NCBI GenBank assembly: GCA_041586955.1
Contig: JBFGZE010000070.1
Location: 1-19,263, forward strand
Source of the DNA: Bacteriovoracaceae bacterium
GTDB lineage: Bacteria; Bdellovibrionota; Bacteriovoracia; Bacteriovoracales; Bacteriovoracaceae
Length of the DNA stretch: 19,263 nt
Reading direction: 5' to 3'
This document shows, in pieces, positions 17,397 through 19,263 of the stretch; the stretch's first letter is position 1, and every line of letters starts with the position of its first letter. The translations under genes and the position numbers were made by a program. The notes under the pieces are model-generated. The model had not been told where the DNA came from and made no database searches. It saw nothing but the letters and a program-made list of their open reading frames with translations.

Positions 17397-17499
17397 AAAC
17401 GACTCAAACCACTTTCCTCAGAAAAATTTATTTATCCATTCTTCAAGCTGATCGGATGAACGACTTTTGATCTGAAGGAGAACTAATCTATTTCTAACC

Positions 17500-17515
17500 A
17501 TTTACTTAAGTAAAT
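17500..17515. promoter_or_regulatory. Perfect 16-bp palindrome upstream of the hipA-like gene (candidate operator)
   Basis: ATTTACTTAAGTAAAT is self-complementary; a candidate extended -10 (TGcTAGAAT, minus strand, 17584-17592) lies upstream of it. Confidence 0.4.
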
Positions 17516-17609
17516 AAAAAAAATTTCTGGAACTTATTTAAATATTGATAAAAGTTAAATCATCGGCCAATATTCAGGCGGCAATTCTAGCACCCCAAAT
17601 TTTTCGCTT

Positions 17610-18374
17610 TTAATCAACCTCAAAAAAATCCCAAGGTCGTAAGTACAATAAGTGACCTCTCCTGTAAGGGTTTTTAAATGATTTAATATTGATCATCGTC
17701 CGCTCAAAAGATTGAATATATCGACGTTTGAAGGGGAAATAGAGGACTCCACATCCAATCCCTAAAATTAACCCTATGGCATGCGCTAAATAACTGGTAG
17801 TGGGCTCATAAGATGTTGGGATTAAAAGAAGGAGGGAGATGGCCGTGACTTTCATAAGACGCCGATAGAGCTTAATATGACGGGATATCAAAATATAAAG
17901 CATTAACCAAAAACCCCAAAGAAAATAAACCATACCAGATGCCCCCACAATCCGAATATCGTAGGAAAAGCTCAAAAGAACACAATAATTGATAACGCCA
18001 CCCATAAGAACAGTCAGGACGGGAAAGACGAAAGCACCATAGAAGGAAGAAATTAAATACCCTAAAAACGTGAACATTAACGAATTCGACAAGAGGTGCT
18101 CAAAGTCTCCATGGATAAAAGAGGAGGTGAAAGGCCTCCAGTGCTCCCCCTGTTCAAATACACTATTTGGAGAGGCGTATAATAACCCCCCCAATCCCCT
18201 TTCAAAATCCCAATATATCTTACTCATCACCATACAAATCACAAGAAGAGCGATACTCACAATTTTCCCGTATGAATAATGGATTTTACTGAGATAATTG
18301 CTGATGACTTCCCTTTTTACTTTCATTTTCTTTCCCAGTTGGTAATTCAAAGGTGCTTTTTTCCTATACCTCAA
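17610..18374 (-). CDS. Rhomboid family intramembrane serine protease
   Basis: WRPFTSSFIHGDFEHLLSN, VGASG (catalytic Ser), SYLAHAIG (catalytic His), multiple TM segments. Start uncertain: TTG 18374 or ATG 18326. Confidence 0.93.
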   Translation of the reverse strand: MRYRKKAPLNYQLGKKMKVKREVISNYLSKIHYSYGKIVSIALLVICMVMSKIYWDFERGLGGLLYASPNSVFEQGEHWRPFTSSFIHGDFEHLLSNSLMFTFLGYLISSFYGAFVFPVLTVLMGGVINYCVLLSFSYDIRIVGASGMVYFLWGFWLMLYILISRHIKLYRRLMKVTAISLLLLIPTSYEPTTSYLAHAIGLILGIGCGVLYFPFKRRYIQSFERTMINIKSFKNPYRRGHLLYLRPWDFFEVD

Positions 18375-18390
18375 TTAGGCCGCTATTAAA

Positions 18391-18417
18391 TAAATAAATT
18401 TTGAGTAGTTCCGAAAA
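18391..18417 (+). promoter_or_regulatory. Candidate sigma28 (FliA)-type promoter
   Basis: TAAA-N15-TCCGAAAA versus consensus TAAA-N15-GCCGATAA; ends 6 nt before ATG 18424. Confidence 0.4.
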
Positions 18418-18423
18418 AAACTT

Positions 18424-19263
18424 ATGGGCCAATATCTATACCTACTTTTTTTACTCACGATTTTTTCATGCACAGGATTTACCTACAACAAGAGGTCACT
18501 CGCCCAAGTCAAACACGACGCGCAGGATTGCCAAGAAATGGTGATTGAAATATTCAAAAGTAAGGAAAAAGTCACTCGTGATATAGACAAAATCCCATTA
18601 AAGCATCGCCATGAATATCAAGAGCTTATCCGAATCTTATCTAAACAAAACCTAGGTCTCACTGCTATTAAAAATGATATGCCTGAAGGCAGTCAATATG
18701 GCCTTCGTTTAAATGGAGAGGGTCACCACCGTTTCGACCGCATCATCCGCTATATCAAGCGCCACTTTGGAACGGAAGTATTTATCATTCACAATGCGTT
18801 GCCAGGTAATGTCATTGGGTCAAGCTCTCCAGAACATAATATAATCCTTCTCGCACCTGATATCATGAAAAAAGATCTAGATCACGCATTCCTCACCCTT
18901 ATGCATGAAGCACGACATGCAGGAATGAACCATCAATATCAATCCAATCCACTAAAGGTTTATCAAGGAAGCTTACAAGGTCAATCTATCCCGATCATTG
19001 GTTATGAGAATTTTTTAGATACCCAAGAAGCGTATAATTGGAAAAAAGACGGTCAAAAAATACTCAGCCTTCTCCTGAAACGTAGTTTAACCTTAGATCA
19101 AGAAAATGAATTAATAGAGCGCGGACGTTTTAAAGTGCCAAAAGCGGTAAAAATTATTTCATACCTTAAGAAAGTGGTTGAAGGCATTCTAGAAGAATGG
19201 AACTATTTCCCCAGCATGGCGCCACCTCAAAACTTCAAAGATAGCTTCCTAAACCGCTATGCC
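18424..19263 (+). CDS. Putative lipoprotein with HExxH zinc-metallopeptidase motif; partial, runs off the window
   Basis: Not in the ORF track. 280 open codons: MGQYLYLLFLLTIFS-C (lipobox-like, Cys16)...NIILLAPD...LTLMHEARHAG (HEARH at 18904-18918)...TQEAY (candidate third ligand). Confidence 0.8.
   Translation, partial: MGQYLYLLFLLTIFSCTGFTYNKRSLAQVKHDAQDCQEMVIEIFKSKEKVTRDIDKIPLKHRHEYQELIRILSKQNLGLTAIKNDMPEGSQYGLRLNGEGHHRFDRIIRYIKRHFGTEVFIIHNALPGNVIGSSSPEHNIILLAPDIMKKDLDHAFLTLMHEARHAGMNHQYQSNPLKVYQGSLQGQSIPIIGYENFLDTQEAYNWKKDGQKILSLLLKRSLTLDQENELIERGRFKVPKAVKIISYLKKVVEGILEEWNYFPSMAPPQNFKDSFLNRYA

Noticed and set aside
9856..18279. Short ORFs 9856-10068, 10449-10694, 10918-11121, 15568-15765, 16584-16793 and 18070-18279
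   Set aside because: All overlap stronger genes and lack motifs; 16584-16793 is not an HTH antitoxin.
1..19263. CRISPR array, tRNA/rRNA, IS element, integrase, prophage or defence island
   Set aside because: No regularly spaced repeats, RNA gene signatures, transposase or phage motifs were seen by eye; the HipA-like gene stands alone among unrelated genes.

Overview
AT-rich bacterial chromosomal window with about 20 protein-coding genes; I found no rRNA, tRNA, CRISPR array or mobile element. The gene content points to a predatory Bdellovibrionota (Bacteriovoracia-like) genome, which is an inference from a Bd0055-type histone fold and many secreted hydrolases. In order: partial V8/trypsin-like protease (-, missing from the ORF track), zinc-finger + histone-fold protein, CDGSH + FMN glutamate-synthase-family protein, Dps, secreted unknown protein, Spy/CpxP-like protein, trypsin-like protease, nfeD-stomatin pair, TIGR01777 oxidoreductase, DoxX, MBL-fold protein, secreted Cys/Arg-rich protein, alpha/beta hydrolase, nu-class GST, possible decayed gene, host-attachment (AtsE-like) protein, HipA-family protein, rhomboid protease, and a partial HExxH lipoprotein (+, missing from the ORF track). 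The four most notable items are: (1) a secreted protein built from two copies of one 4-Cys domain with opposite charge, behind a sigma54-type promoter; (2) an orphan HipA whose catalytic and Mg-binding residues are replaced, i.e. a predicted pseudokinase with no adjacent hipB; (3) a ZZ-type zinc-finger histone; (4) a glutamate-synthase-family protein that has lost its [3Fe-4S] and substrate motifs but keeps two intact CDGSH clusters. All family assignments come from motif recognition by eye; no searches were run.
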